Below are positions 26,814 through 40,092 of a DNA stretch of 64,000 nucleotides, in pieces (position 1 is the stretch's first letter; every line of letters begins with the position of its first letter). Below the pieces are notes generated by a model. That model worked only from the letters and a program-made list of their open reading frames with translations, ran no database searches and had not been told where the DNA came from. The translations under genes were made by a program, and so were the position numbers. The DNA comes from Felis catus (Eukaryota). The stretch covers positions 40,302,001 through 40,366,000 of the forward strand of contig NC_058368.1 in NCBI RefSeq assembly GCF_018350175.1, in the 5' to 3' direction.

Positions 26814-27004
26814 GGGTACCTGCATGGCTCAGTCCATTAAGTGACTCTTGATTTTGGCTCAGGCCATTATCTCACATTTCATGGGATGGAGCTCCATGTA
26901 GGGCTCTGTGCTGATAGCATGGAGCCTACTTGGGGTTCTCTCTCTCTCCCATTTGCACTCTCTCTCTCTCTCTCTCTCTCTCTCAAAATAAATAAATTTT
27001 TAAA
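26814..27004 (+). mobile_element. Can-SINE
   Basis: 17-bp TSD aaatgtttct(c/t)ggagaa. Confidence 0.93.
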
Positions 27005-28414
27005 AAATGTTTCTTGGAGAAATAACAGCAAATATTCTTTATCTTATAGCTTATCCATTTCATAGATGTGGAGGCTGGGCCTTTGAAGGATCATTCAGAA
27101 ATCTGGGAAGGATTTGTCTTCCCACAGTGATACACCTGAATAGAAAGTTTTTTTTAGAGGATAAAAATAACAAGCCAGATAACTTCAAGGCAGGTATACT
27201 TAGGGAAAAGGGTCTTGTGGTGCACTTCAATTAGAAATAGGGGTATCATTTTAGCTTGCTTAGCTGTTGGGTAAACCATATAGGAAATAAGAGAAACTTT
27301 CCCCTTTTTTGGAAATGAATATAAAAAGGTGCTATTTTTCCTTAAAAAGAAAGAATATTTTCCTATATTACTTTGGGTTAATTACAAAGAGTTAGAAAAA
27401 AAACTAACATTTTTTAATGTTTTTTCTCAGTGTAACTATGCTAACATACAGACATTTATATTTTAAGAGTCTTAAGTATCAAAAGCTAATGTAAATATGA
27501 TACAGAAAGTATAGAAGTTAAAAAACTCAACCTATTTCTCTAACCCATAAACAGTTATGCTGTTTGCACAAATTGCCAGTGCCAGAAAATTTCTGTGAAA
27601 AGGCATTTTTGAAAGATGTAATACTGAGTCTTATGATCACAAGGGCATGTATTGTTATTGTGAGCTTGTCAGATGATAAATGAGGATGTAGTTCCAGAAA
27701 TTAATTAGCTGAAAAGAATATCTACCTATTTCAGTAACTTTCCATGGGAAGTGTACATTCAATTTTATGCCAAAAATGGTCTCTTTTTATAGCTATTAGC
27801 TAGTGATTTTTTAGAATCCTAAATCTGATAATGAATAAGTGTTCAGCCAGCTTAAGAAATGTAACTGATATTGTTTGGGTAAAAATATCATTATGAGAAC
27901 ATAATTTTAAGGTTATAAAAACTGATTATTTTTTGTCTTCTAAGTGTCTTCCATTGAAGGTTAATGTGTAATTAAAATGCTTTTTTATTTCTTCTGGCTT
28001 CCTAAATGTCATTTTTAGTCTACTGTCAGTGTTTGTTAAAAAAAAAATGCATAAAATTTCTCTATTCCCAAATTTGCCATGGCTTTCTTCCTATCTATCA
28101 TATCTATCATTTATATAACTATCTCTTAAACTATTCCTATTTACATTTTAGTTACTCAATTAACTGTGTATGTTACTTAAAAACATTCACTTAGAAAACT
28201 TGGGCATTTTTCAAAATGAATATAACCAATAATAAAACTAGATTTGATTTTTCTGGTACTTGATTACATTACATCAACTTCACCTTTTTTGTTAATTCAT
28301 AAATCCTTGATAAAGGAATGTTTAAGGATCTGCTCTGTATCAGGGACTAGGCTAGGGAAAGGTTTACAAAGCTGACTGAGCCCTGAGGCAAATATATAGC
28401 ACAATAATTAATTT

Positions 28415-28555
28415 CAGTGACTTTGAAACCAGATAGACTTGGGCACAGTTCCAATTCTGTCACTTAGGGTTTGTGTATGACATTCTGGATGATAATTGTA
28501 TAAGTTTTATTAGTTTAATTGAACTGTGAAATGAAAATGCCAGTAATACTACGAA
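28415..28555 (+). mobile_element. MIR 5' part; its 3' part appears at ~30245-30300, beyond the L1
   Basis: gactttgaaaccagatagacttggg...ctgtgaaatg, then ctcttagctcaatgcatggcacttaat after the L1. Confidence 0.55.
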
Positions 28556-28584
28556 TAAAATCAGAAATATTGCTTCAAGTAAAT

Positions 28585-29092
28585 ATAGACACTGATTTTA
28601 TGCCTTTCACAAAACAACTCAAAATGTATTATAGATCTAAATATAAAATACAAAACTATGAAAATCTTAAAAGATGACGTAGGCCAAAAGGTAGCTGATA
28701 CAGGATAGAATCTTGACTTGAGCACTTTTTAGATAAAATGGTAAATATTCAGTCCATAAGAGAAAATTGATAAATTGGACTTCATTAAAATTAAAACTTG
28801 TGCTGTACAAATGATAATGCCAAGAGAATAAAAAGACAATGAGAGAAAATTTTTGCAAAACGCATATTTAAAAAGGGTCTGGTGGGGCGCCTGGGTGGCG
28901 CAGTCGGTTGAGCGTCCGACTTCAGCCAGGTCACAATCTCGCGGTCCGTGAGTTCGAGCCCCGCGTCAGGCTCTGGGCTGATGACTCGGAGCCTGGAGCC
29001 TGTTTCCGATTCTGTGTCTCCCTCTCTCTCTGACCCTCCCCCGTTCATGCTCTGTCTCTCTCTGTCCCAAAAATAAATAAACGTTGAAAAAA

Positions 29093-29124
<32 letters not shown>

Positions 29125-30168
29125 AAAAGGGTCTGGTATTCAAGACTTGCAAAGAATTCAACAATATGAAAATAAGCAGCATAGTTAAAAAACAGGCAAA
29201 TGATCTGAACAGATATTTCACCAATGAAGATATACAGATGGTAAGTAAGCATATGAAAAGATGCTCAACATTGTGTGTCATTAGGGAATTGCAAATTAAA
29301 ACAGCAGTGGCATACCATGGTATACATGTTTGAGTGGCTAAAATTAGGAATACAGTGAGTGCTAGGGAGTGTGTGGAGCAACAAGAACTCTCTGTCATTG
29401 GTGGTGGAAATGGAAAATGGTACAGCTACTTTGGTAGACAGTGCAGTATCTTACAAAAGTAAACATACTCTTCTCATACAGTCTAACAATCAATATTCCT
29501 TGGTACCCAAATGCATTAAAAACTTACATCTACACAAACCTGCACACAAGTGTTTATAGAATCTCTATCATTGTTAAAAGTTGGAAGCAGTCAAGACATC
29601 CTTCAAGAGATGAATGGATAAACTGGCACATCCATACAATGGAATATTATTCAGTGATACAAGGGAAATGAGCTATGAAGCCATAAAAAAAGACATGGAG
29701 GGAACCTAAATGTATTGTGCTAAGGGAAAGAAACTAATATGAAAAATCTGAATCCTGTGTGACTTCAATTATATGACATTCTGGAAAAGATAAAACTATG
29801 CAGACAATAAAAAGGTTAGTGGTTGGCAGGGACTTGGGGGAAGGGATGAAGGGTTGAAAGGTTCGGCACAGGAGATCTATACAGCAATGGAACTATTCTG
29901 TGTACACAGTGATGATAGACAAACACCATTACACATTTGTGAAAACCCAGTAGCATGTACAACACAGTGAACTCTAATGTAGACTATGGACTTCAATTAA
30001 TAATAATGCATTGGCATGTGTTCAGCAATCGTAACATGTACCAAACTAATACAAGCTATATAAATAATAAGACAAACCATGTGTGGGAACAAAGAGAATA
30101 CATAGTAACTTTGTTTTTTCTAATTTGTCTGTAAACCTAAAACTGTCCTAAAAATAATCTGTTTTAAA
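28585..30168 (+). mobile_element. 5'-truncated L1MC1-like LINE (ORF2 3' end plus 3'UTR)
   Basis: agatatttcaccaatgaagatatacagatgg, catacaatggaatattattcag, ctaatgtagactatggactt, ctgtaaacctaaaactg. Confidence 0.88.
28884..29123 (+). mobile_element. Young SINEC_Fc inside the L1
   Basis: CpG-rich (gcgtccgacttcagccaggtcac...ccccgcgtc), long A tail, perfect 14-bp TSD aaaaagggtctggt. Confidence 0.97.
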
Positions 30169-32517
30169 GAAAGGTAAAGGGTAGATTTAGAGAAAATGTG
30201 GAAAGTATACAGCTCTATGTAAGAAAGAAATGAGATTTTTTTCATAAGCTCTTAGCTCAATGCATGGCACTTAATATATATCAAAATTGGAACTAAATGG
30301 TAGGAATTATGATAATGAATATGATTATGATGATGGCAAGAAAAAATAGGATAGTCCTGGATCGATATAAGTAACAATTTTCCAAAAATAAATAAATAAA
30401 AGTAAAAGAAAAAAATCCTTAAATTTAGAAAACACTAATATTTACTTTAGGGTTGGGGACTGAATACAGCTATGTAGAAATTTTCCACAGAAATATATCA
30501 TTTGAGCTGATATTTGAAAGATAAGTAAATCTGACTAGAAAGAGCAAGAGGTAAGAGCTTTTCAGAGAAGATATTGCATTTGCAAAACAATGGATTGATC
30601 ATCTAACCTGGCAATATGGGAAACTGAGTAGTAAACATGTCTGAAGCATTGGATTCATGGCAAAAATGGAGATAAATCCACAAGCCTTGAAAGGTGATCT
30701 ACAAATTATTACTTGATTTAGACTTTAAAAGCTTAAACAAGGAGTATTGGATTCCTTTAACTATAAACTAGCTATTTGCTTTACATAGTCATACAGATGA
30801 AGGAGTTATGGAGAAGATTTCTAGGCTGCTTATCCACTGTGTTATGCGTTTATAAAAATGCATTATTTTAGATGTGATTTTGGATTAAGAAATTTAGGAT
30901 TAATAGTGACTAGATAAAATTACTCTAGAAATATTTAGCTAGTTTAGTACTTCAGGAGATTTTCGTGGATTACTTGAACACAAAGATGGCATAGAATATT
31001 TTGCACATTTTCTCCATTAAAAACTTGACTGAAAAATGCACTGAAGTTTTGTTACTTTTATTGCTATTAATCTTAAATTTTAATGTAATCACTGAACAGG
31101 AATGAATGGACAGTTTTTGTATGGCTTAACAAAAAGCAATTGGCCAGAGAAATAACTTCTGAAGTTTACATGACAAAAACATTCTCCATATGTTTATGTA
31201 TTTTCAGAAACATTTAATATAGTTTTTTTCTGTTACATGAGATACTATATTTCATAGATCAGTAAGTGATGAAAATATTTCACAATTACACTTTTGTAAA
31301 GGTTCTGCAATATACAATTTCCTGATTTCTAAAAATGAATGTCATTAAGAAATCTTTTAAATGTGGAATATGGTATAAATTTTTATTCTATGTAAAATAT
31401 ATTTGCTGGTCCTTATAGTTTAATATTAAAATGTATGTATTGATTCATTTTTGTTAGTGTTTTTATTGTACTATTCTTCTCTAAGTATACTGCTATCAGC
31501 CTCAAAATTGTTGGGTTCTTCATCTTTTTTTTTTAACTAAACTCTAGTAGGACCCTAATAACAGTGATGCATGACTCAAAGATCATAAGGTGATTGATGG
31601 CTGCCTATAGGTCTGATAATGACACAGTCTGAAATGAAAATACAATTTATCTGATGTGAAAAATATCGTGATCCCTCAAGCCTCTAAAGCATCAATGTGA
31701 ATGTTCATAGGAAGTAGCCATAGTGATTATGGTTCAAGTTTACCACAGTTAAATTTAGTCTTTGAGGCACCATTTATTACCATCCCAAGTACTTTTTTTT
31801 ATAGTATCCATAAGCAGAATTCACGGTCATCCAAGGGAGACCAAACTTTTAAGTTACTATATCAACTTCTAAAAGTTAACGAGTAGCCTGGGGAGTTATG
31901 ATTTACTGTCAGTCCAGCAAGAAATGTCAGTGCCCTAGAATATGAGGAGGCAAGTGTCATCTAGCCGGATTTGTGAACTTTTCACTTTGCCATTCACTAG
32001 ACAGCAAACAGAAAATTAGTCTATAAATAATTGAACTTGAAATTTTTTTGAAAATCTATCACAGCATGTTAAAAGCAATTTTGTTCTCGAATTAGCTCTC
32101 CACAAGTAGTAAATATGTCAAACAGCCTTTAAATAATGCAACATATAGAGCAACAGATAAGAAGGTTTAATAAGAATAAGAGAAAAGAAGACATTAGAAA
32201 ATACACATGATGTATGATTTTGTTGGTTGTATTTTCTTTCTGAGAAAATTGGAATATAAATCTGATTTTAAAATGCCCATTAAAAGTAGACAATTTGCAT
32301 AATGATGTTTTAATATTCTAGGAAAATGATACAAATTTGTAAATAAACATTTCTAATATGCCTTTATTCTGTACACAGAGAACATATGTTTAAGCCTTCT
32401 TAAGAATGAAAAAACAAAGTTACAAATGACTGCTCATAAAGATATAGGAAAAGATGAAGGGTGAAATGTTTCAATAAAAGCTCTACTGTGTGGTTCTTTA
32501 GAAGTGTTCTTGTAAGT

Positions 32518-32720
32518 GGGGTGCCTGGGTGGCTCATTTGGTTAAGCATCTGACTTTGGTTCACATCATGATCTCACAGTTCGTGGGTTAGAGCCCCGCA
32601 TCAGGCTCTGTGCTGACAACTCAGCCTGAACCCTGCTTTAGATTCTGTGTCTCCCCCTGTCTCTGCCCCTCACCTACTTGTGCTTTGTCTTTCGAAAGTA
32701 AAGAAAAATTAAAAAAAAAA
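32518..32720 (+). mobile_element. Can-SINE
   Basis: ggggtgcctgggtggctca head, A tail. Confidence 0.94.
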
Positions 32721-33099
32721 TTATGACTGTTTTGATAAGATACCTATATAAAAGGACACCCAAGTTTTTAGGTGGTTTTAGGAAACCACATTCATAATAC
32801 TAAAACATTATTTTTTTTTATCCTTTTTATATTTTGGTATCTTTAATATAGGAGAAAATGTATTACTTAACCCTGACGTTAAATAATGTACAGTCGGTTT
32901 AAGTATTTTGTATACAATAAAAATTGATTGGCATCAGTAATTAGAAATATTTTATAAAACTAAAGTAGTATGGAATAAAGTGATGTATGGCAATAAATGT
33001 CTGTCATGGGAAACGTTTGTATAATAATGCATATTAAGTTTATTTTAGTGGTAAACTTACATAAAATGGTAAGAATAGTACATATAACTTCCTTATTTC

Positions 33100-34075
33100 T
33101 GATAGTTTAAAGTATGTAACTGACAAGGTGCCCTGTTACCAAAAAATACTTGAATGTATTACTTACAAATAGGAACATCCTTGGGGCGCCTGGGTGGCGC
33201 AGTCGGTTAAGCGTCCGACTTCAGCCAGGTCACGATCTCGCGGTCCGTGAGTTCGAGCCCCGCGTCAGGCTCTGGGCTGATGACTCGGAGCCTAGAGCCT
33301 GTTTCCGATTCTGTGTCTCCCTCCCTCTCTGCCCCTCTCCCGTTCATGCTCTGTCTCTCTCTGTCCCAAAAATAAATAAAAACGCTGGAAAAAAAAAAAT
33401 TAAAAAAAAAAAAAACAAATAGGAACATCCTATTATATAACCACATACAGCCATCATAATCAAGAAATCAGCATAGAGGAAGTGTTTTAAGACTCTTGAA
33501 CTGTCTTACTCCTGATCAAACTTTATTTACTCATTTATATTAGTCTATTTACATACATGCCTCTTTTGTTTATCAGTTATAATTCCTTATTATCATTGTT
33601 TTTTGATACCTGAACTATCCCAGATTTGGACAGTGAAAGCCCCTCAAGGTTCCTTTTGTGTGACTTTGACTTGCCTGCATCATTCTTTGAACACATCCTT
33701 ACTTTGTCACGTGTGTGCACACACATACACATACACATGATGTTCCAGATCACTTTCTAATTTCTAATTTTCTAATTGTTTCTCCAAGGAGCCTTGGTTC
33801 CTATTTGGGGAGAATGGTATTTATAATCCATTATTCAGGCACAGTTGTGTTCTCCTTGCCCTTGGGTTGTTACTGCTCCTATGCCTTCTCAGTGGAAGAA
33901 CCAGGGATTATATGAATGTACACACACACTTATGAATATGTATGTAATGTATATTTTATATATAAAACTTACATCCGTGTGTGTGTGTGTGTGTATGAGC
34001 ATGTAGAGGTACATATATATATATATAAAATATACCACTACAATTTCATACCAGCATCTCCCCATTCTATCCAGT
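33100..34075 (-). mobile_element. Old L1M (L1MC/MD-type) 3'UTR remnant, interrupted by a SINE
   Basis: aatacttgaatgt...tataaccacat, tcccagatttggacagtg, tttctccaaggagccttggttcc. Confidence 0.7.
33183..33414 (+). mobile_element. Young SINEC_Fc
   Basis: CpG-rich; perfect 17-bp TSD acaaataggaacatcct. Confidence 0.97.
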
Positions 34076-34354
34076 ACAATGTTTATTTTAATTTTCTCCC
34101 TGAACATAATTATGCCTTCTCTATCAGTGAGGAAACTGGCTATAATTATCTTCAGTGGGTTTTCTTGTTTGATAAATCTCATTGTGTACACTTACCTCCC
34201 ATTGCTGCTGCTGCCCATGCTCCTTGTGGAAATGCCTTCTCAGTCTATTCAAGTTCCATTCTCTTCCATTCTGCATGATAATTCATATGTAGCTATGTAA
34301 TTCCTAGTAAATGTGGGGTAATTGAGAAGATTAACTAATGGGTGGATAATATAG

Positions 34355-34850
34355 TTTAGTGGTCACCATCCATTTTCAGTATTCTTCTAATATGCCTTCC
34401 TCAATGGCAAAGTTGAAAACTGCATTTTCAGTACTTATTTGCTGTTACTGTTCTTAGTGTAATTAATTGCCACCAAATAGATTTATTCATACAGTTTTGG
34501 CAAATGGAAGGGAGACAGATCTTGCACACCACTCTTTTTGCTATTTCTGTAGCTTCCCACTACTTCTAGTTTCTTCTGGTGCTTCTAGTCATGTCTGGCT
34601 TACTTAGGTTATGCCCATTTAGTCATAGTACTATAGCCAGAAGTTGTAATGGCAGTTTCCAGAATGCAGGACAGGCTATAGCTGCCTTTATAATTTATAA
34701 TAATTGGATTTATAATAATCAGTCATTTCTGAAAATCGAAACAGAATGTGTTTCTTTAGCATTCCTAAAATTCATTCTCTAAATGAATTTTTACCTTTCT
34801 GCTGTCATCTAGAATAAGAATGGAAGTTTCATCCATTTGTAGACTGATAC
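34355..34850 (+). mobile_element. LTR33-like ERVL LTR remnant
   Basis: aagttgaaaactgcattttcag...gctg motif and 3' cctttctgct...gactgatac. Confidence 0.45.
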
Positions 34851-35689
34851 GTCTAAACACCTAAAACAATGCTTGGTCCTAAGACTGTGCTTAATGGTAG
34901 TGTAAGACCTAAACATAATTACTTGATATAACTTTCTTCTTCTTTTTTTTTTTTTTAAAGAATTCAATGCAATTAGAAATTCTGTCCATTCCATTCACTA
35001 CGAGGCCCTCCTTTCACTATAAATCTTTCAGAGCTGACTTTTATTCTATTCAAGCCACTTATTTGAAGAAACCAGAGGTGAATCAATGACTAGCAGTAAG
35101 GAGATCATGCTGTGTTATCTATCAATACATAAATCTAGTTATATGTAGTAGGATTCTATTGTTACTTGAAAGTAGTCTATGGAAGACCAGGTTCTAGCAA
35201 ATTCTGAATGTAGTAATAATTTGCATGAGTATGTGGCTTATGTTTCCAGTGCACCTACCCAGGAGCCCAGGAGAAATTTATTATGATCTGTTCTCTGAAG
35301 AAGAAACAATTGGCTTTGATTTATGTGCTCTGCAAATATGCTGGTACCAGCTGGGATTAGACTACTGGAACATTAAAACCTCACTCAAGAGTTTTTCTTC
35401 TAAACTTACTTTAGTAGGCTAAACTTAAAGCTTTATATCCTTGTTGTTTACTCTGGAAGGGAAATTGCCTAGTAATATCAATCTATAATGATTCATGAAT
35501 AGTTACTGTTTTGTAAACAGCCTAGAATTTACAGTAATCAAGAATGAAGAGTTGGTTGTGAAGAGGTTTGGGTTTTGAGTAGAACATGTAAATTAGTTTT
35601 AGAATAGTACTGTTTCCTTCCAATCTGAATGTTCACCAATTCTTATAATAATTAGATGGACAGAGAAGACCTATTCTGTGATCTGTTTC

Positions 35690-36385
35690 AGCAGTTTTAT
35701 TGAGTACTTGCTATAGATTAGGCATTGTTCTACATTTGGGGATACAAACATACATAAACGGACAAAAATACCTATCTTCATGTAACCTTTATATAGTTGT
35801 GGAGATAAGTAAGGGACACCATCAATATGAAAATGTACAATACATTAGATAATATTTAGTATTAAAGAAATAAACTAATGTTAGAAGTGGCTGCTATATA
35901 GAGTGCTTAATGTATAAGGAGCAAAGGCAAGAAGTGGTTAGAGAGTAAATTATACTACGACCTGAGGAAAAAGCGTTCTAGCAAAAGGAAGAGTGAGTAC
36001 AAAAAATCTGAAGGAGATTAATATTCCAGAAATGTTGGAAAGGCTGCTGTGACTTAAGCAGAATGTAAAGCAGGAGGGATTTAGTAGGATATAAAATGAA
36101 AGAGAAAAATGATTAGTCAGAATACTTACAGTTTGAAGATCATTGAAAAATATTTGGTGTTTCCCTCAAAGTGATTTGGGAAGCCCAGTAGAAGTTTTTG
36201 AACAGAGATGCAACTTGATACAGGTTGATTTTAACAGAATCACTCTGGCTACTATGTTGAGAGAAAGGTGGAGTTGAGAAAGACAAATTGGCCATAACCC
36301 AGGTAGGAGAAGGTGACATCTTAGATCTTGGTGTAAAGGACTTGGGAAGAAGTGGCCAGTTTTGAGATGTAATTTGAAGGTAGTA
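35690..36385 (-). mobile_element. L2 LINE 3' portion
   Basis: tttattgagtacttgctat..taggcattgttcta..tggggatac; ttttaacagaatcactctggct. Confidence 0.8.
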
Positions 36386-36439
36386 CCAAGAGCTCTTACT
36401 TAGAAATCTCTCACCATCTTTTCCTATCTCCAGCACAGT

Positions 36440-37040
36440 AGTCCCCTCAGTGGCATTCCAAATACCATTGCCCATTGACTCAGGTGGTGGTTATTTATGA
36501 ATTCAACAATAGAGACTTCTTTTCAAGTAAGCTAAATTGGCCACATCTACTGTCACATATTCAAACTGCTAACAGCTTCACCAGTAATATGGTATGGCAC
36601 TACTCTACAGTTAGATCAGTTTCTTATTTATATTAGATTATTTCATTAAAAGGGACTTAAATTATATCCACACTATATTAGATATTTAATCTGGTTATGT
36701 ATTTGCCCTCCCTAACCACTATACTTTTCTACCACTGTCTGGGAACTTAATGAATACCACAATACTGGTGTATAGACAATAGACCAAACAAGAATGATTT
36801 TGAACATAACAGATTATTTTATATCAGATTGTGAGAGAATGGTAGATGCCCATGGGTCTCATCAACCAGAAACAGCTGCTCATATAATTTGTACTGGTCT
36901 ATTGAAGACTTAGTTCTCATGTTTATATCCTTTAGTGTTTGTTATGCTTCTTAAGATTAAGTTTAACCTCTTGTTGAATATTGTACCTGTGGTTCTTGCT
37001 TCTTGACTGACACATGACAGGTAGGTCTGAGGAATGGAGA
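36440..37040 (+). mobile_element. ERVL/MaLR internal (integrase-region) remnant
   Basis: ttgcccattgactca, tatggcact and tctggttatgtatttgccctccct resemble the ERVL integrase HHCC-to-SGYGFAFP region. Confidence 0.6.
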
Positions 37041-37709
37041 AGACAATCAGTAATGTTTAATAAACTGATGTCTTTCAATTACTTATGGATCTGACACTGA
37101 CCTAATTTTCCATTTAAAAATAATACTTATCCAAACATAAGCATTCTCCACATTGTTGGAGAATTTCTTTTCTATAGGTTATGATTCTTGTGTGCTTACT
37201 AAATCTTGGATTTGTTAAGGAGATGACAAAGAAAAAGTAATAATTTCTGAAATATGAAAATAAGACAGTAGTATAGACAAAATAACAAAAATAATAGGAG
37301 ATGAATTAAAATTGATAATATGGAAAGATACATTATAAACCATGATGAATGTTAAATGTATTACTTTTTTAAAATACATTTTTATAAGTATTTTAACTAT
37401 TTTGGTGTAAAAACAGTGTTGCACCTAGACTTTGAAAAGAGAAAATCTATAACCCTTGAAATTACTGATCCCTTTATTTAAGTTTTTTACTAAGAAAAAA
37501 GTGTTATATAGGTTACTCTGAAGGGCAAGATTGCAATGAAGAGTGATTATTCATTTGCTTAGTGACCTAGAGAGTAACTGGCACTTTTTGCAGTTTTTTT
37601 GGGTGGAAGGAGTAGCACTTGTCGGCTTTTGCCAGTGAGTTTGCCTCCTGGCCAGTCAACAGAGGAAATAGCCTGGTCTATTTTATGAAGGTAATTTACC
37701 CCTGGAATT

Positions 37710-37908
37710 AGTTAATAACAGCAATGGCTTCATAAAGTACAAGTCCTATCAAACTAATCTAAACTTGATCAATCAAGGGAAGGCAATAGAAGCAATCTTT
37801 CTTGACATGAGCAATGATTTTGGTGCTACTGCTTATGACATATTTCTGAGTAAACTAAGAAAACATGTTCTCGTTAGTGTTTGATTTTTAGTTGAGTGCA
37901 CAAGTCTG
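37710..37908 (+). mobile_element. CR1/L3 LINE reverse-transcriptase fossil
   Basis: From 37720 it translates SNGFIKYKSYQTNL-NLINQGKAIEAIFLDMSNDFGATAYDIFLSKL, matching CR1 SQHGF.KGKSC.TNL...VD.G.AVDVIYLDFSKAFD.V.HDIL.SKL. Confidence 0.82.
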
Positions 37909-38299
37909 ATCCCATCTTAAAAAAATACTTGCTTCCTTAATAATAGTAACAAGAACAACAACAAGAAAAATGAGAAGTAGTGAAGGGGAAAAGAGGAATA
38001 TTTTTTATGTATCAACTGAATCCAGTTTCACTAAGAATAATGATATTATTAGTTGTATTTTGGGCACTATTTGTTAATATACATTGGTTCACATTGACCC
38101 TACCATATCCATTATAATGATAATAAAACCAAATTAACTTTTTTATAAGTCACATTTCGTTTTTTAAACATTATCAATTAAATTATTCTAATTTTAAATA
38201 TTTAAAGGAACTTAAGCCATATTTTAGTTATTCTTATTAATGGCACAAGTTATTAAATTGATTAATTTTCTTTCTTTAGTATAACTATATTTATAGTTT

Positions 38300-38504
38300 A
38301 ATTTTTTTTAATGTTTATTCTTGAGGGAGAGAGACAGAGCATGAGCAGGGGAGGGGCGGAGAGAGGGAGACACAGGATCTGAAGCAGGCTCCAGGCTCTG
38401 AGCTGTCAGCACAGAGCCTGACATGGGGTTCGAACTCACAAACTGCGAGATCATTACCCAAGCCGAAGTTGGATGCTTAACTGACTGAGCCACCCAGGTG
38501 CCCC
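38300..38504 (-). mobile_element. Can-SINE
   Basis: TSD aactatatttatagtt. Confidence 0.95.
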
Positions 38505-38848
38505 ATAAACTATATTTATAGTTAAGATGAACTTCAGCAGAGAGTTTGGCATATGGACATGATTCTGGACTCTAAGGCACAAATTTTGGAGAGATTTGTC
38601 TTAGTATATTCATAATTAAAAATTTTCTGTAGAGTTGAAAGTTGGTTAAAATTTTCATTCCATTTATACTAGAAGACAATCTCTAAATGGTAAAAATTTG
38701 TCTTCTACAATTAATAGTTAGGTTCAAACTAAAAAGATTCCATTTTATCTGCATATATAATGCTTACATTAAATATAATAACTAAAAATATTATTTAGAA
38801 CTATCCTTGTATCCAGGTGAATGATGGTATCCCAAAATGTATATATGT

Positions 38849-39062
38849 GGGTGCACCTGGGTGGCTTGGCTGGTTATGTGTCCAACTTCAGCTCAGTTCA
38901 TGATCTCATGGTCTGTGAGTTCCAGCCCTGTGTCAGGTTCTGTGCTGACAGCTTGGAGCCTGGAGTCTGCTTCAGATTCTGTGTCTGCCTCTCTCTCTGC
39001 TCATCCCCCACTTGTGCTTAGTCTCTTTCACTCTCAAAAATAAGTAAACATTAAAATAATTT
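38849..39062 (+). mobile_element. Can-SINE
   Basis: Degenerate TSD caaaatgtatatatgt / caaaacgtgtatatgt. Confidence 0.93.
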
Positions 39063-39982
39063 CAAAACGTGTATATGTGGAAACTATGAGTATGACCTCA
39101 TTTTGAAAAAAAAAATCAGTTTTAAGTGTGATGTGGTAAATGTTCTCAATTAACAAGCATATTTAGTGATAATTTTGATAAATACTAAATTTTACCTATT
39201 TAAAACTTTTAAATATTATTTTACTTAAAAATGATTTGGAGTAGGACTTAATTTCATATATATATTATGGGCTGTAACTAAAATATTTCCAAATGAAGAG
39301 GTATGTAATAAGAGATGAGGAAACGGGGAAGAGAAATGGGGACAAGAAAAGAAAAATGGTGATAAATTGTGGACATAGATCACACTGAGAACCCTCTATA
39401 AGTAGAGAACACTCTTAATATCTATAGGATAATAATTAAATCCAGTATTCTTTAAAAATCCTTCCTCATATGTACATATTATCTTGATATTATTTTGCTC
39501 CTATATTACTTTGTTATTATTTTTAGGTTGTTTCTACTTTCTTGTTTTCCTTCTGTAACATATTTTGTAAACTCCATGAGAATTTTCCTTCCACTTTATT
39601 TTATACATTGTATAAGCACCCCTAAATTGTTATACTAATGCAATTGTATAATAAATACAATTGTATAATAAATACATGTCTTAATAAAGACATGAAATGC
39701 AAATCACTTTATGTTTTTCTCAATCTTAATTTTCTAATTTTTCTTCATTTTCCATTTTACATAATGAATAAATACTTAGTCTATATTTTGGCCTAATTTT
39801 AAATAGGGTTATTTTGGGATATGAAGTTTTTTACATGTACATGATCCTTCCTAGATTTGATGATATAATGGCATTGATTCATCTAAATGGAGCTTTTAAT
39901 GTCACTGAACATTTCCTGCAAAATGGAATGCATAAATTTTTGCATAAAGTTTTGGCATGGATTTAACTTTTTTTGTATTCTA

Positions 39983-40092
39983 AATATGTATATGAATATA
40001 CATATATATGTATGTCTACGTGCATACATATATATGTGTATATATATATACATACATATATATACATATATATATAATGTGTATGAATATGT
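39983..40092. repeat. (TA/CA/TG)n low-complexity microsatellite
   Basis: Direct inspection. Confidence 0.9.

Larger units (their letters stand above)
25960..27126 (-). mobile_element. Probable ERV1-type LTR (family not assigned) interrupted by two SINEs
   Basis: Ends ...tcttcccaca (TG start on - strand); LTR-like composition continues across the SINE TSDs. Left boundary uncertain. Confidence 0.4.

Noticed and set aside
28791..29398. 153-aa and 117-aa - strand ORFs
   Set aside because: Antisense reads of L1 plus SINEC_Fc sequence.
35240..35422. Acceptor-like tttccag followed by two open frames
   Set aside because: No convincing donor and no recognisable peptide.
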